This document shows positions 20,696 through 31,785 of a DNA stretch of 64,000 nt, in pieces. Source of the DNA: a virus. The stretch spans positions 128,001 through 192,000 of the IMG/VR virus record IMGVR_UViG_3300045988_176357; one strand, given 5' to 3'. Position numbers and translations under genes: made by a program. A model generated the notes under the pieces. It made no database searches. It was not told the origin of the DNA and was given only the letters and a program-made list of their open reading frames with translations. Every line of letters starts with the position of its first letter. The stretch's first letter is position 1.

Positions 20696-21943
20696 ATGAA
20701 AACAGAAAAAGTGCTGAAGAAGAACGCAATCAAGGCCTATAAAGCCTTTAACAGTGACCTTACCTGCAAAGGCTTCCAATATGAAGTCGGGAAGGAATAC
20801 CACCATATAGGCGAGATTACAGTATGTTGGGCAGGCTTCCATGCTTGTGAAAGTTTGGCTGACTGCTTCCGCTTTTACCCGTTCAGTGAAACTAAAACCA
20901 GAGTGGCCGAGGTGCTCGCCTGGGGTAAAGTCAAGTACGAAGATACAGGTGTAAAACTCTGCGCCTCAAATATCAAGGTAGTCAGAGAACTCACATGGAG
21001 CGAGGTGTTGTCTCTGTGTAACAGCGGCGACAATAATACCGGCGACTGTAATAGCGGCAACCATAACACCGGTGACTGGAACAGTGGCAGCCGTAACAGT
21101 GGCAATTGGAATACAGGCAACTGGAACAGCGGCAACAATAACACCGGTGACTGGAATAGCGGCGACTATAACACCGGCAACTATAACAGCGGCTACTGGA
21201 ATTCCGGCAACAGTAACAGTGGCGAAGATAATAGCGGCAACAGTAACACCGGCAAGCGGAATAGCGGTGACAATAATAGCGGCAACAGTAACACCGGCAA
21301 CTATAATACAGGCAACGGTAACAGCGGCAACCAGAACACCGGCTGCGGTAACAGCGGCGACTGTAACAGCGGCGACTGTAACAGCGGCGACTGTAACAGC
21401 GGCAACCATAACAGAGGCTGCGGTAACAGCGGCGACTGGAATAGCGGCAACTGGAACATTGGCAACTGGAACATTGGCGACCGGAACAGCGGATACTTAA
21501 ATACTTCGGCACAGAAATATTGCTTTATCTTTAACAAACAAGTTGAAAAGTCAGTCTTGGCTCAGATTGAGTTTCCGGAGTTCATGTGCTTCACTTTGAT
21601 AGAGTGGATACCTGACTACAAAATGTCACAGCAGGAGAAAGAGCGGCACCCTGAATACGTCACAACAGGAGGATACCTAAAGGAGTACACATATAAGGAA
21701 GCCTTCAGGAAGTCCTTCGAGAAGGCCAGACGCAAATCTGACTGGCCCAAGCAGCGTCAGAAGCTGCTGGATCTGCCCAACTTCGATGCCAAGGTATTCG
21801 AGGAGATATCAGGCATCACATCTGAGGAACTTGGTGTCAGCGCTAAGGAGCTGGCAGACAAGCCAAAGACAGCCATGGAAGTCACAATGGCGGACATAGA
21901 GAAGGTATTCGGTTGTAAAATCAAGATTGTAAAGGATAGGTGA
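20696..21943 (+). CDS. N-S-G-N-x pentapeptide-repeat protein fused to a C-terminal CPDWA-family tail
   Basis: Conserved N-domain MKTEKVLKKNAIKAYKAFNSDLTCKGFQYEVGK, then about 45 NSGNx/NTGDx repeats, conserved C-domain EYVTTGGYLKEY..., and a final EVTMADIEKVFGCKIKIVKDR tail. Confidence 0.65.
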   Translation: MKTEKVLKKNAIKAYKAFNSDLTCKGFQYEVGKEYHHIGEITVCWAGFHACESLADCFRFYPFSETKTRVAEVLAWGKVKYEDTGVKLCASNIKVVRELTWSEVLSLCNSGDNNTGDCNSGNHNTGDWNSGSRNSGNWNTGNWNSGNNNTGDWNSGDYNTGNYNSGYWNSGNSNSGEDNSGNSNTGKRNSGDNNSGNSNTGNYNTGNGNSGNQNTGCGNSGDCNSGDCNSGDCNSGNHNRGCGNSGDWNSGNWNIGNWNIGDRNSGYLNTSAQKYCFIFNKQVEKSVLAQIEFPEFMCFTLIEWIPDYKMSQQEKERHPEYVTTGGYLKEYTYKEAFRKSFEKARRKSDWPKQRQKLLDLPNFDAKVFEEISGITSEELGVSAKELADKPKTAMEVTMADIEKVFGCKIKIVKDR

Positions 21944-21944
21944 T

Positions 21945-22343
21945 ATGTCCGTAAATTCTTTCTATCCACATACAGAAAGGGAGCAGCTAGCTCCTTTTGC
22001 AAACAAACGTGTGTTGGTAACTGGAAAAGTGCAGCATATTGCGGCTTGGATGTCGGGTAAAAGGTGGGGGTTGCGAGCTAACCTGGTTCAGTGCAAAGTA
22101 AAGCATGGTAATATTCAAGTAAGTGTCGACCATTTTACAGTCAATGTCGGGAAACAATTTATCGCTGTTCGAGCCAAAAGGAACACAACAGTATCTTTCT
22201 ATGCCACAGTCAAGGCATATCAGCCTGACAAACAACTGAAATATGTACCTGATGACGTCAAGATCGCTCTCGGTCTTACACCAAGAGTACCATCATATGG
22301 CATCAAGTGGCCTACAAGGGTCGAGGTGGTCAGTAGATGTTAG
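21945..22343 (+). CDS. Hypothetical protein
   Basis: ORF only. Confidence 0.35.
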   Translation: MSVNSFYPHTEREQLAPFANKRVLVTGKVQHIAAWMSGKRWGLRANLVQCKVKHGNIQVSVDHFTVNVGKQFIAVRAKRNTTVSFYATVKAYQPDKQLKYVPDDVKIALGLTPRVPSYGIKWPTRVEVVSRC

Positions 22344-22825
22344 TACGTGTAATTCCAAGGTACCTTATGGTACAGCTGTATAACAAGCATGTAGAAACTG
22401 GAGATACTGATGCCTTTCTTGACGGAAACCACTTTATTTCCGTTTACAGCACCAGAGACACGTCACCTTTGCCGGACCATCCACATGTACTTAAATTGAT
22501 GTGTGATGACCTGACACTTGCTGATATGCGTACATTTACAGAGGATGGCTGGAATCATGTTACACTGTTTGACGAGGACATGGCAGACAAGACCGCAGCT
22601 TTCATAAAGAGTATTCCCAGTACATGCAATTCACTTATAGTACACTGCGACGCAGGTGTCTCAAGATCTGGGGCCATAGGCATACTTGCCAACAGATATT
22701 TTAACGAAGAAGGCAGTGCTGACGATGAAAAGTTTCAACATGACTCAATGCCCTGGCTGTCGCCAAATCCGCACATATTGATGCTTCTCAGACCAAAGTT
22801 ACAGAGAAAGGAAAACAATGTCTAA
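22337..22825 (+). CDS. Dual-specificity/tyrosine protein phosphatase
   Basis: CX5R P-loop HCDAGVSRSG. Confidence 0.7.
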   Translation: MLVRVIPRYLMVQLYNKHVETGDTDAFLDGNHFISVYSTRDTSPLPDHPHVLKLMCDDLTLADMRTFTEDGWNHVTLFDEDMADKTAAFIKSIPSTCNSLIVHCDAGVSRSGAIGILANRYFNEEGSADDEKFQHDSMPWLSPNPHILMLLRPKLQRKENNV

Positions 22826-23771
22826 CTTAATCAAAATCGGACGCAACAACGAACTTAAGAGAGCCACACTGGAACTGCCTAAGTACGGTGAGCTCACGGA
22901 CGAGCGTGTAGTACAGGAAATGCGTGGTGTGTTTGACGGTTTCGAGTACGACCCAGACACGCAGGTCGAGACTGTGTTCAAGACAGTCGAACAGATCGAG
23001 ACTTATGCCGCCGAAGTCAGTAAAGAGCTTGAACAGGCTGACAACGACTTCAAGATGGCCGCAATCACCAATGCAGGGGCCATTGCAGCTAAACGCTGGC
23101 ACTTTGGCTTTATGATCAGCAAGTGCCTCAAGGCTTCCAAGTACGGTGAAGGCGTCGCCAATAAGATCGCAGCCGCAGCCAATATTTCGCTGCCGTACCT
23201 TTATCAGTACAGAGCAGTCGGAGACAATCTCAGCATCAGAGACGCCTATATCCTTGGTATGTACGGCGCTGGCTGGGACTGCATTCGTCAGGTTGCCGCA
23301 GTAAACGATCCCGATACAAGACAGAACCTCATTCAGTACTTTGTCCAGTCTATCACCGACTGGAACAACAGTGTCGCCAAAGAGCAGGCGAAAGAGGCAC
23401 TCAAGTCGGCATTGTCCATGCTGAAGCACGGTCCTGCCGAACTTGATGTTTCCAGTCCGGCCAAGATCGAGACAGCGGTCAACTTCGAATCCGAAGCGCC
23501 TGAATTCATGGAAGCCAAGAAGCAGCTGCAGAAGCTGATGACAGCATGCAGAGGGATTGTCAAAGATAACAAGTTGTCTCCGATGCTGAAGTCCTTTGGC
23601 GATTGTTACCTTGCGGATAATGTCCCTGATGCCGAGGCGCACCTCGATACACTGCACGAAGATGCGACATCAGCATTGGAGCTTCTGCAGCAGGTCGAGA
23701 GCGTGCTGCCGCAACTCAAGGAAGAAGTCACAAGCTTGCAAAATATGGGGCTCAGTCATGCAGACAGTTAA
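22818..23771 (+). CDS. Hypothetical protein (317 aa)
   Basis: ORF with RBS. Confidence 0.45.
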   Translation: MSNLIKIGRNNELKRATLELPKYGELTDERVVQEMRGVFDGFEYDPDTQVETVFKTVEQIETYAAEVSKELEQADNDFKMAAITNAGAIAAKRWHFGFMISKCLKASKYGEGVANKIAAAANISLPYLYQYRAVGDNLSIRDAYILGMYGAGWDCIRQVAAVNDPDTRQNLIQYFVQSITDWNNSVAKEQAKEALKSALSMLKHGPAELDVSSPAKIETAVNFESEAPEFMEAKKQLQKLMTACRGIVKDNKLSPMLKSFGDCYLADNVPDAEAHLDTLHEDATSALELLQQVESVLPQLKEEVTSLQNMGLSHADS

Positions 23772-23997
23772 GGTGGAAGTCGATGTGTCGGCCCTTATGT
23801 GTCCTCATTGCGGTTCTGTCGACAGTGTCAAGTTGATCGACCTTGGACCGGAAAGAGATGCAGAAGGTGAATACGGTAACTTTAGGTGCACCTGTTTCGA
23901 GTGCGGCTGGTCGACATGTGACATGGATACCGCAGAGGATGCAGTGTACGCTTTTATCACGGGTCTCGACTGTGATGTCAGGCATGACATAATATGA
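23758..23997 (+). CDS. Small zinc-ribbon protein
   Basis: CPHCGS...CTCFECG paired CxxC. Confidence 0.35.
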   Translation: MQTVKVEVDVSALMCPHCGSVDSVKLIDLGPERDAEGEYGNFRCTCFECGWSTCDMDTAEDAVYAFITGLDCDVRHDII

Positions 23998-24713
23998 AAC
24001 CAATAGGCTACGGGAAGCTCATTAAGCTCCTCAAAGCCACAGCACCAATATCAAAGCAGTTCGAAAATGAAGTTCTGCGGGATCAGCGTCTCGCAGAACT
24101 TTTTTCTTGTGTAGCCGAGGTCGTGCTGCCGAAAGCTACAGAACCGCAGAGATGGGCGTTGTGGCAGTGTTTCAAGGGTCTGAACGGCGTGCGTGTAACA
24201 CAGCGACATATAGTGTCCTGTGTGTGCAGAGCAGCAGCAAATATGCACTACATCCACGAGGGTATCGCACCCTTCTATTGGGATGGCAACAGCACAGCTG
24301 CTGTAATGAATTGCTTAGGTATAGAACAAGATGTAGCAGCTAAAGGAAAGCGCAGATTGATAGTGCATTTGATGTGTCTTCTTGGCGAACCTGCTGGACT
24401 AATATTCAAGGTGTCTCTAAGTTGTAACATGCTTGAGTATCTACTGGGTAAGCAGTTTGGCGTCTCTTTTCGCAAGTACAATGCAGCAGCCGAAGAGATC
24501 GCCGGTTGTGTCTTCAAGTGTACATTAAGTGAAGACACAGCAGGAGCCTATCTAGCGGATTTCAGCGCAACGCAAGCTATGAAAGACCATAACAGAAAGC
24601 TGGCAGAGATGCGCGTAAATCCAAGAAAATGCAAAACACCTGCAATGCCATGCGCGTCCTGTACCAAAACAAGGGCTCAGTGCATTTTGGCATGCAGAGT
24701 TGAGGACAAATGA
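23994..24713 (+). CDS. Hypothetical Cys-rich protein
   Basis: ORF. Confidence 0.4.
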   Translation: MKPIGYGKLIKLLKATAPISKQFENEVLRDQRLAELFSCVAEVVLPKATEPQRWALWQCFKGLNGVRVTQRHIVSCVCRAAANMHYIHEGIAPFYWDGNSTAAVMNCLGIEQDVAAKGKRRLIVHLMCLLGEPAGLIFKVSLSCNMLEYLLGKQFGVSFRKYNAAAEEIAGCVFKCTLSEDTAGAYLADFSATQAMKDHNRKLAEMRVNPRKCKTPAMPCASCTKTRAQCILACRVEDK

Positions 24714-24714
24714 A

Positions 24715-25677
24715 ATGAAAACAGAAAGAGTACTGAAGAAGAACGCAATCAAGGCTTACAAAGCCTTTAACAGTGACCTGACTTGCAAAGGCTTCCAATA
24801 TGAAGTCGGCAAGACCTACAGGCATAATGCTGTCTTGAAACTGTGCGAGTCAGGCTTCCATGCTTGCGAAAGGCTGGTTGACTGCTTCAGTTATTATGAG
24901 CCAAACCGAGCAAAAACTCGAATTTGCGAGATTCTGGCTTGGGGCGATATCCAGAGAAATACCGAAGACACCAAGTTATGTGCATCCAGAATCCACATTG
25001 TAAAGGAGTTGTCCTGGGATAACGTATGCTGTCTATGCAATAATATCGGCATCGGAAATCAAGGATTGGGTAACTCTGGAAATTACAACAGTGGAAACTC
25101 AAATTCCGGTAACTGGAATACAGGTAATAACAACGAAGGTAAGTACAATTCAGGCAATTGTAACGCTGGCTTAGGGAATGTAGGCACAGGCAATATAGGC
25201 AATAATAACTGTGGCCACTATAATTACGGTCATAGGAATTCCGGAAACAATAACATAGGATGTCGCAATGTAGGAAACCACAATACGGGCTACTATAATG
25301 TCGGTAACTGGAACAAAGGGTCGTTTAATATCGGCTGCTTCAATACAACAGATGCCACTGTACATATGTTTAACAAGCCTGTTATCGGAATCAGGCCATT
25401 TGATATTTTAGTCCCAGGTTTCTGCATCTTCGATACGACAGAATGGGTATCGGCCAGATGTATGACAGCTGAAGAAAAGAGGTGGCATCCCGAGTACGTT
25501 ACAACAGGAGGGTACCAAAAACAATACGACTACAAGGAAGCCTTCAGAAAGTCCTTCGAGGAGGCAAAGCGCCTTCCGGACTGGCCCGAACAGCTTAAGA
25601 GGCTGAAGGCGCTGCCCAACTTCGATGCCAAGGTATTCGAGGAGATATCAGGCATCAAGGAAGAGGAACTTGTTTAA
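24715..25677 (+). CDS. N-S-G-N-x pentapeptide-repeat family protein
   Basis: Same N- and C-terminal domains as 20696, with about 40 repeats. Confidence 0.65.
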   Translation: MKTERVLKKNAIKAYKAFNSDLTCKGFQYEVGKTYRHNAVLKLCESGFHACERLVDCFSYYEPNRAKTRICEILAWGDIQRNTEDTKLCASRIHIVKELSWDNVCCLCNNIGIGNQGLGNSGNYNSGNSNSGNWNTGNNNEGKYNSGNCNAGLGNVGTGNIGNNNCGHYNYGHRNSGNNNIGCRNVGNHNTGYYNVGNWNKGSFNIGCFNTTDATVHMFNKPVIGIRPFDILVPGFCIFDTTEWVSARCMTAEEKRWHPEYVTTGGYQKQYDYKEAFRKSFEEAKRLPDWPEQLKRLKALPNFDAKVFEEISGIKEEELV

Positions 25678-25692
25678 AGAAAGGAGGACAAA

Positions 25693-26037
25693 ATGAAAGT
25701 AACAGATCTCGACACAAAAGAAGTAACAGTAACAGTAACACGCTACATACTGAATGAGAAGGTCTTTGACCTTGAAGAGTGCCCCGACTGGGCTCAGTAT
25801 GCAGCTGTGGATGCTGATGGGAAAGCGCATTGGTTTGGTTCTCAGCCGTGTATTCGAGCAAAGTGGTGGAGACGCCAACCATGTAGTAGCTCAAGTCATG
25901 TATGCTTTGGTTGGCTTTTCGACGCTACCGACTGGCAGCACAGCCTTATCGAGCGGCCAAAGAAGGTGCTCGAGGTCACCATGTCGGATATCGAGAAGAA
26001 ATATGGATGCAAAGTCAAGCTTGTACGGGAGGAGTGA
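25693..26037 (+). CDS. CPDWAQYAAVD-motif family protein
   Basis: MKVTDLDTKEVTVTVTRYILNEKVFDLEECPDWAQYAAVDADGKAHWF...LEVTMSDIEKKYGCKVKLV. Confidence 0.55.
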   Translation: MKVTDLDTKEVTVTVTRYILNEKVFDLEECPDWAQYAAVDADGKAHWFGSQPCIRAKWWRRQPCSSSSHVCFGWLFDATDWQHSLIERPKKVLEVTMSDIEKKYGCKVKLVREE

Positions 26038-26038
26038 A

Positions 26039-26576
26039 AATGACTACAAAAGAATTTGTTACAAAATATGGGACTCAGATTAGCGGTGATTTGGTCGATG
26101 AGCTGTCGCATCATTCAGATGTACGCAGTTTCGTTTACTGGTTGCTGTATGCGTGCGGTTATCTTGAATCTCTGAAACTGGAGTGGCTGGTCCAGTTGCT
26201 TAGAACCAGAGATGCAGACAGCTTGAGACCTTATGTTGCCGAAGCTGTACTCAAATCCTGGCAGCAGCCAGTGTCCATCGGTATTCCGTCATCACTGTCG
26301 ACTGAAGCTGAAGCATTGCTTACGACAATGATAAATGACCATGAACATACGCAAGATGTATATGCACATGCAGTGAGCATGAAAGAGCTCTCTGTGCAGA
26401 ATGTACAGGTGGCCTATTGCGCCTCACCAGATATCAAGCGGTTGCTGTGGCAAATCCTGCATGGTATTGTTGTCTGGAAATCTCTTGATTATCGGTTATC
26501 AGAAGCTTATGTAACAAATCAGGTGCTTAAGTACATGCAACCAGTTGTATCTTTGTTCGAGGAGAACCTGGAATGA
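26039..26576 (+). CDS. Hypothetical protein
   Basis: ORF (Met inside track ORF 25902). Confidence 0.35.
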
Positions 26577-27214
26577 CTGTAGACGATTTGGTTATGTTCG
26601 ATAACAAGAAGCTCCTTGATTTCTTTAAGCTCGATCAGTGCCCTGACTGGGCAGAGTGGGTCGCTGTAGATAAGGATGGAACAGTCTGTTATTATTCTGG
26701 CGAACCTATTATATTTACTTGTGCGGGTGAATGGACACGTAACTCACCGAGCCATACATTGCAAGCTGTCAAGATAAACGGCATTAATATCAAAATTACT
26801 GTCGATGACTGGACAAAAGCGAAAGTCAAGAGGCCTCCTACAGGCAATGAAATGTTTCTTGGTAAGTGCAGAAACATCCATGTTCTCATGAAAGACTCTA
26901 AGTATGTAGTTTCTTTCGAGTGCCGTACAGAGGACACCCACGACAACGATAGCTATTATTTGGAACTGACAGTCGAACATAGATTGGCAGCAGAGATACT
27001 CGAGAGAGACTTAGGGCATATCATTGCTGAGTGGCTGGGTAAGGATGTGTCTGTAGAAACCATAGGTTCATATATTCGCAGTGCTCTTCAGTCCAGTATA
27101 CCTGAAGCTTTCTTAGCCGCAGTCACTGATGTTCGTCTGTTTCAGGGCCAGGCACGAAAGGTCTGTGAAAACTATGAAAACACTCAAAGATTTGATAATG
27201 TACAGCAACGATGA
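26573..27214 (+). CDS. CPDWA-family-related protein (N-terminal motif only)
   Basis: LDFFKLDQCPDWAEWVAVDKDGTVCYYSGEP. Confidence 0.4.
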   Translation: MTVDDLVMFDNKKLLDFFKLDQCPDWAEWVAVDKDGTVCYYSGEPIIFTCAGEWTRNSPSHTLQAVKINGINIKITVDDWTKAKVKRPPTGNEMFLGKCRNIHVLMKDSKYVVSFECRTEDTHDNDSYYLELTVEHRLAAEILERDLGHIIAEWLGKDVSVETIGSYIRSALQSSIPEAFLAAVTDVRLFQGQARKVCENYENTQRFDNVQQR

Positions 27215-27476
27215 GCTCCTGGCGTTTTTCGAGCTGAACATATGTCCGACATGGGCGACTTGGCTAGCAGTCGATATTGATGGGTTGGTGACATTTTTCG
27301 ACGCTGAACCGGAGATGCACTGTGGTTATTGGCAGCCAGCACAAGGGCGTGGTAAATTTTATACGTTGAAACTTAATGACGTGTATGTACGTATTTATGT
27401 CGCTGACTTTAATTTGGCAAAGGTCAGTCGACAGTTGCAACGTACAATAGAAAATAACAGAGAGGAGAATACATGA
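27174..27476 (+). CDS. CPDWA-family-related small protein
   Basis: LAFFELNICPTWATWLAVDIDGLVTFFDAEPE. Confidence 0.35.
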   Translation: MKTLKDLIMYSNDELLAFFELNICPTWATWLAVDIDGLVTFFDAEPEMHCGYWQPAQGRGKFYTLKLNDVYVRIYVADFNLAKVSRQLQRTIENNREENT

Positions 27477-28813
27477 AAAAAGGACTCGGAAACCTGCTGG
27501 ATGCACTTAGCAAGGCAGATGGCGGCGTCAGTATGTCCATCACAGAATTCAAAGAAGCCCAGTATGGTATTCCACTTAAGCATTACTGTCTGCAGTATCT
27601 TTTCGGCAGCACTGGGCTCAGGTACGGCGGTTTCTATCTGCTTGCAGGTAAGCCGAAGTCGTGCAAGTCGCCGTTTGCTTTCTTTCTCGCACATCTCAGC
27701 TGTGAGAATGATGGCATTGCATATGTGTACGAACTTGAAGGCAAAGCGTCACCGACGTTGCTCAACAGCATGTTTGCAGACAAGCCCGAATGGCGAGAGG
27801 ATGGCGGCCCTTTCAAGCTCATCAGAGGATTGACCTTGGATGGTGCAGAGAAGCACCTTACAAAGTCCGTGCTTAAATTATTCAAGCAGTATGAAGTCTA
27901 CGACACTCCGCTGCTGATCGACTGGGACTCCATCTCAGGGGCTGCGATGTCAGATGTCGTGTCCAAGATCGAGAAGGAAGGTGTAGCCAGTAAAGGCTAC
28001 TACGAGAAAGCACACATCATGAAGCATCTGACAGAGAGCTGGGTGGCACTTACCAATAACCTGCCTGTCGTATTCGTCGGCGTCCTGCAGGAAAAAGAAA
28101 AGGCTGCAGAAGGATGGGCACCTGCAGGCGGACCGCAGAAGTCATATGGCGGCGGCGATTCGCAGCTGTTCAAGGCAGGTACATTGCTGTCATTCTCTCA
28201 CAGCACGCTGCAGAACGGCGCAGGCAAACTTGTGCGTATCAAAACTGCACTGAATGGGTTCGCAGACAGCAGAGGCATTGAAGTCAAGTTTGTCTGGGAC
28301 CAGTTCGGAGATCTTGAAACTGATTCACAGGGACATAAGTGGCTCTTCGCAGAGGCGACGGCAAAGTGTCTCGCACAGCCGAAGATCGTCGGCGAACTCA
28401 GAGACATCATTGATGTGAAGATCAACGACTCCGGCGACAGAGTGACATGCAAGACGTTCGGTCTTGACAAGGTTACAGCAACAGAGTTCGAGGAGGCCTT
28501 GTTCGCACCTGAGAACGCCAAGGTGCTGGAAGACCTCTACAGGTATCAGAAAATCGAGAAGATCAAGCTGCCCTCAGAGTACGCAGCTTACGCCGAGAAA
28601 GCAGGTGACAAAGAGGCTGCGTACAAAGAGGCGCAGAAACAGGCACAGCTCGAAGAGCGTGAGGCCAAGGCGGCTGAAGCTGCAGCAAAGGAAGCAGCCA
28701 AGCAGGCAAAACGAGAGGCGAAAGCCAAGAAGTCAGCTGCGGCATCCAACCCGTTAGCTGCCTTGGCAGATATGGCTAAGAAAGCGGAGGCATCCGATGC
28801 AAAAGCTGAATAA
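27473..28813 (+). CDS. UvsX/RecA-like recombinase with K/E/A-rich tail
   Basis: LLAGKPKSCKSPFAFFLA resembles T4 UvsX LAGPSKHFKSNFAL. RecA-fold spacing. Low-complexity C-terminus. Confidence 0.6.
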   Translation: MKKGLGNLLDALSKADGGVSMSITEFKEAQYGIPLKHYCLQYLFGSTGLRYGGFYLLAGKPKSCKSPFAFFLAHLSCENDGIAYVYELEGKASPTLLNSMFADKPEWREDGGPFKLIRGLTLDGAEKHLTKSVLKLFKQYEVYDTPLLIDWDSISGAAMSDVVSKIEKEGVASKGYYEKAHIMKHLTESWVALTNNLPVVFVGVLQEKEKAAEGWAPAGGPQKSYGGGDSQLFKAGTLLSFSHSTLQNGAGKLVRIKTALNGFADSRGIEVKFVWDQFGDLETDSQGHKWLFAEATAKCLAQPKIVGELRDIIDVKINDSGDRVTCKTFGLDKVTATEFEEALFAPENAKVLEDLYRYQKIEKIKLPSEYAAYAEKAGDKEAAYKEAQKQAQLEEREAKAAEAAAKEAAKQAKREAKAKKSAAASNPLAALADMAKKAEASDAKAE

Positions 28814-29138
28814 CAAGCGCGTGTTCTGTACACCTTACGACGATCAGCGTATCGTGACAGCAAAAATCAAGAACGAAAAGCACTATGTACTGAAAGCATG
28901 TCCGTTCTGCGGCCGCAAGCCTGTAATCGAGACAGTAGAACCGATATTCCATGCCGATAAAGTCCAGTACTTTGTATCATGTGCGCACCACGGCTGCGAC
29001 TGCTACACAAGAACCTATCGCAGTCCGGGTGAGGCAATCGCGAAATGGAACAGACGCATCAGTCCACTTGACCGTATTGTAGCTTCTGACTTGAAACGCA
29101 GTCTTAAAGCAGCACAGAAAGAGGCGACAAATGAGTGA
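28797..29138 (+). CDS. Small zinc-finger protein
   Basis: CPFCG...CAHHGCDC. Confidence 0.35.
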   Translation: MQKLNNKRVFCTPYDDQRIVTAKIKNEKHYVLKACPFCGRKPVIETVEPIFHADKVQYFVSCAHHGCDCYTRTYRSPGEAIAKWNRRISPLDRIVASDLKRSLKAAQKEATNE

Positions 29139-29832
29139 CACACCAGAGTGGCCCACGACAGCACAGGCTGTCAAGGAAATGATGACCGAAGTCTGCGACA
29201 AGAATTTGTTCGACTCCGGCGGAGCTTACGGCTACGCTTATGAACGCAGAGCCAATTGTGACAAGGAACCTGAATTCAAGGTACATTACGAGCTCCTTGA
29301 TACTGGGAAATTGTGTATCGAAGTCACAAAGAGCATGTACTGGCATCTTGTGAACACCTGCCAGTACAGACACGACCTCACTGTTATGCTGGACGCATAT
29401 GCAGATCTCAAAGACGAGCGCTACGGAGCATGGCTTGGCGAGGATTTCTTCACCTCGTTTGGTCTCAAGTCAGGATCCGACAATACATGCAACACTGAAA
29501 CGATGCTAGACGGTACGTTTCTGTTCACACAGGCGTACACCAGCGATGAATCGACAGACCTGTTCGTGATCAGCACACACAATGGCTGCGATGTGCGCTC
29601 TGGTTACAGCAGCGCCAAAGTCTTTGAGAGTCCGGACGCTGAAGTTCTGTATGGCTTGGACAGTGCAAGTCTTATGTGTCACGGTTGTGATAGACAGTTC
29701 TATCTGTCAGCCAGCGGCACTCTGACACTCGATCCTGACCAGTTCAGCCTCGAGCAGAACGACGACTTGCCGTACTTTGTTGACGGCAAGCTTTACTGTC
29801 CGAAGTGCCATGAGCCGCTGGAGGTGTACTGA
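29131..29832 (+). CDS. Hypothetical protein
   Basis: ORF, coupled. Confidence 0.4.
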   Translation: MSDTPEWPTTAQAVKEMMTEVCDKNLFDSGGAYGYAYERRANCDKEPEFKVHYELLDTGKLCIEVTKSMYWHLVNTCQYRHDLTVMLDAYADLKDERYGAWLGEDFFTSFGLKSGSDNTCNTETMLDGTFLFTQAYTSDESTDLFVISTHNGCDVRSGYSSAKVFESPDAEVLYGLDSASLMCHGCDRQFYLSASGTLTLDPDQFSLEQNDDLPYFVDGKLYCPKCHEPLEVY

Positions 29833-30308
29833 TGCCGAATGCACAACTCATGGCTGCGCTGCATGCGAGTACTAAAGCGTTGCGAGAAATGGCACGTGAC
29901 GACGCTACGTACGACTTCGTATACGCGCACAGGAACATGTTCGTCAGCAACAGAGAGTCCTTCAAGGCTGCTGTATCTGCATGCCAGGAGCGCTCAGGCA
30001 GAGAGCTGTTGGACAGATTGGATCTGCAGGAGATCTGCATCGAGAAAGTAACCGAAGCGGAGCTGCTGCACAGCTGCTACTACTTTGTCGACAGTCCACT
30101 GTACAAGCGTTTCATTCAGCTCGTCAGCAAGCACGGCGGCATAGGTACGGCAATCTTCGTCGTCAACAAGCGAGGCATCGTCGTTACCAATAAGTACAGT
30201 CTGGACGCCTATGTGCGGGTCAAGCATGTACTCGGCAGCACAGGTAAATTGCCAGACATCATGTGGGCGCCCATAGAAGACCTTAAAGGCTTCACGTTTT
30301 ACAACTAA
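29832..30308 (+). CDS. Hypothetical protein
   Basis: ORF, coupled. Confidence 0.4.
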   Translation: MPNAQLMAALHASTKALREMARDDATYDFVYAHRNMFVSNRESFKAAVSACQERSGRELLDRLDLQEICIEKVTEAELLHSCYYFVDSPLYKRFIQLVSKHGGIGTAIFVVNKRGIVVTNKYSLDAYVRVKHVLGSTGKLPDIMWAPIEDLKGFTFYN

Positions 30309-30317
30309 GGAGGTTGA

Positions 30318-31785
30318 ATGCTGGAAACAAAAGTCATGTTCAATGCTACAGAGATCACGATCAAAGTGTCTGTGTGGGCGCGGGGTGATCCGTTCCCTGC
30401 TATTGGACATGCTGTAGGTATAGACACAGAAACCGAACTGATTACAGACGCCGAGCTTACGCCTCCGTTGGTTGTACTCGGCGTTTTTAATCCTGCTGAC
30501 ATGACCTGCTACCAGATATCCTGGACCGACGCGCAGTACTTCATGCAGGAACTGCTTAAGCGTGACTGCAAGCTGTACTTCGCCAATGCAGGATTTGATT
30601 ACTTCGAGCTTGAAAGCGATGAACTTCGAGATGCGGTCAGCAATGACCGTCTCGTAGACTTGCTCATCAGGGCTCCGCTGAAAGAGATCGCTACGATAGG
30701 TTACATCAGAACGCACAGCCTGAAGGATGCCTGCCAGTGGCATCTCAATTACGAGATGGACAAGCACGAGGATGAAGGCGACCAGGCAGCTCGTGTCACG
30801 TTCCGAAGGAACAAGGACATTACAGATGAGCAGCGCATTTACCTGACAATCGACTGTGCGTCCACCTATTATGCATGCGAGGCGATCGGGCCTCAGGCGA
30901 CAGAGTGCACGCATACACGTGGGCAGATCGTCCTGTATCATATCAGCAAGAACGGCTTTCCGTATGATCCGTACATGTTTGATTACTGCGAGAAGCTGTT
31001 ACAGCAGCATATGGACCAGTACCGTGCAGAGCTCATCACGTACGGGTATCCTGATCCATACAAGAAGGACATGCCGACAGATATCAAGCAGCTGCAGGAC
31101 GGCTGGCCGATGTTCAGGGACGCCTGGTTCGCCGCTCATATCAAAGAGAAGTACCAGTTCGAGGACTCGCTGCCAGGCAAGAGCACTGTAAAGCGCATAT
31201 TGCTGTACGGCACTGCGTATATGCAGCACGGTACCGATAAAGGCACTCTGGCACGAGTGTTCGCAGCATTGCTGCTGCAGGACAAGAACCTGTCCAAGAA
31301 GGAACAGGCTGCATATGACCAATTGGTGGAGGAGCACGACTTTCTGGATGCCTGCAACGGTGTTGGCAAGAAGGAGGTTTGGCCGACGCTGCTGGTTGCG
31401 TGGATGCGTGCCGAGCTGGATGGCAAGGACATTGCTGGCATCTGGCAGGCAGTGGACGATGCGGTGCAGGACCACCCGCAGTGGTTCTGTACTGAGGAGC
31501 CTGTCAAGCCCAAGGCGTTCATGCAGGACCATCTGCGGGAACTGCAGGAAAAGTACCCTGGACTGGAGTTCGACAAGACGCTCAAGTCAGGTGAACTGAA
31601 GTGCTCCAAGAAGGACGCGTGGAAGTTGGCGGATGCGGGAGTGAACGATCCGCTGCTGACCGCGTACGTAAACTTTGGCCATGTGCAAAAGTATAAGTCG
31701 TCGTTTACCAATAGGGAATACCTGAGGAGCGACGGCAGAGTGCGGTGCCGCTTTGGCATCGTGGAGAGCGGTCGGTTTGGCCGCT
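30318..31785 (+). CDS. Family A (T7-like) DNA polymerase, exon 1 (3'-5' exo + N-terminal pol)
   Basis: Exo I GIDTETE, Exo II YFANAGFDYF, ...DGRVRCRFGIVESGRFGR (TGRLSS-like). The ORF then reads into the intron. Confidence 0.75.

Noticed and set aside
20966-21512. Overlapping ORFs on both strands inside the pentapeptide-repeat DNA (for example 20966-21409, 20991-21512, 21072-21500), and CRISPR-like periodicity
   Set aside because: These are alternative-frame artefacts of a 15-nt coding repeat. There are no unique spacers and no repeat-spacer architecture, so this is not a CRISPR array.
29994-30941. 315-aa minus-strand ORF
   Set aside because: Lies antisense to DNA-polymerase exon 1, which has clear exonuclease motifs. 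No motifs of its own. Gene order is otherwise uniformly on the + strand.
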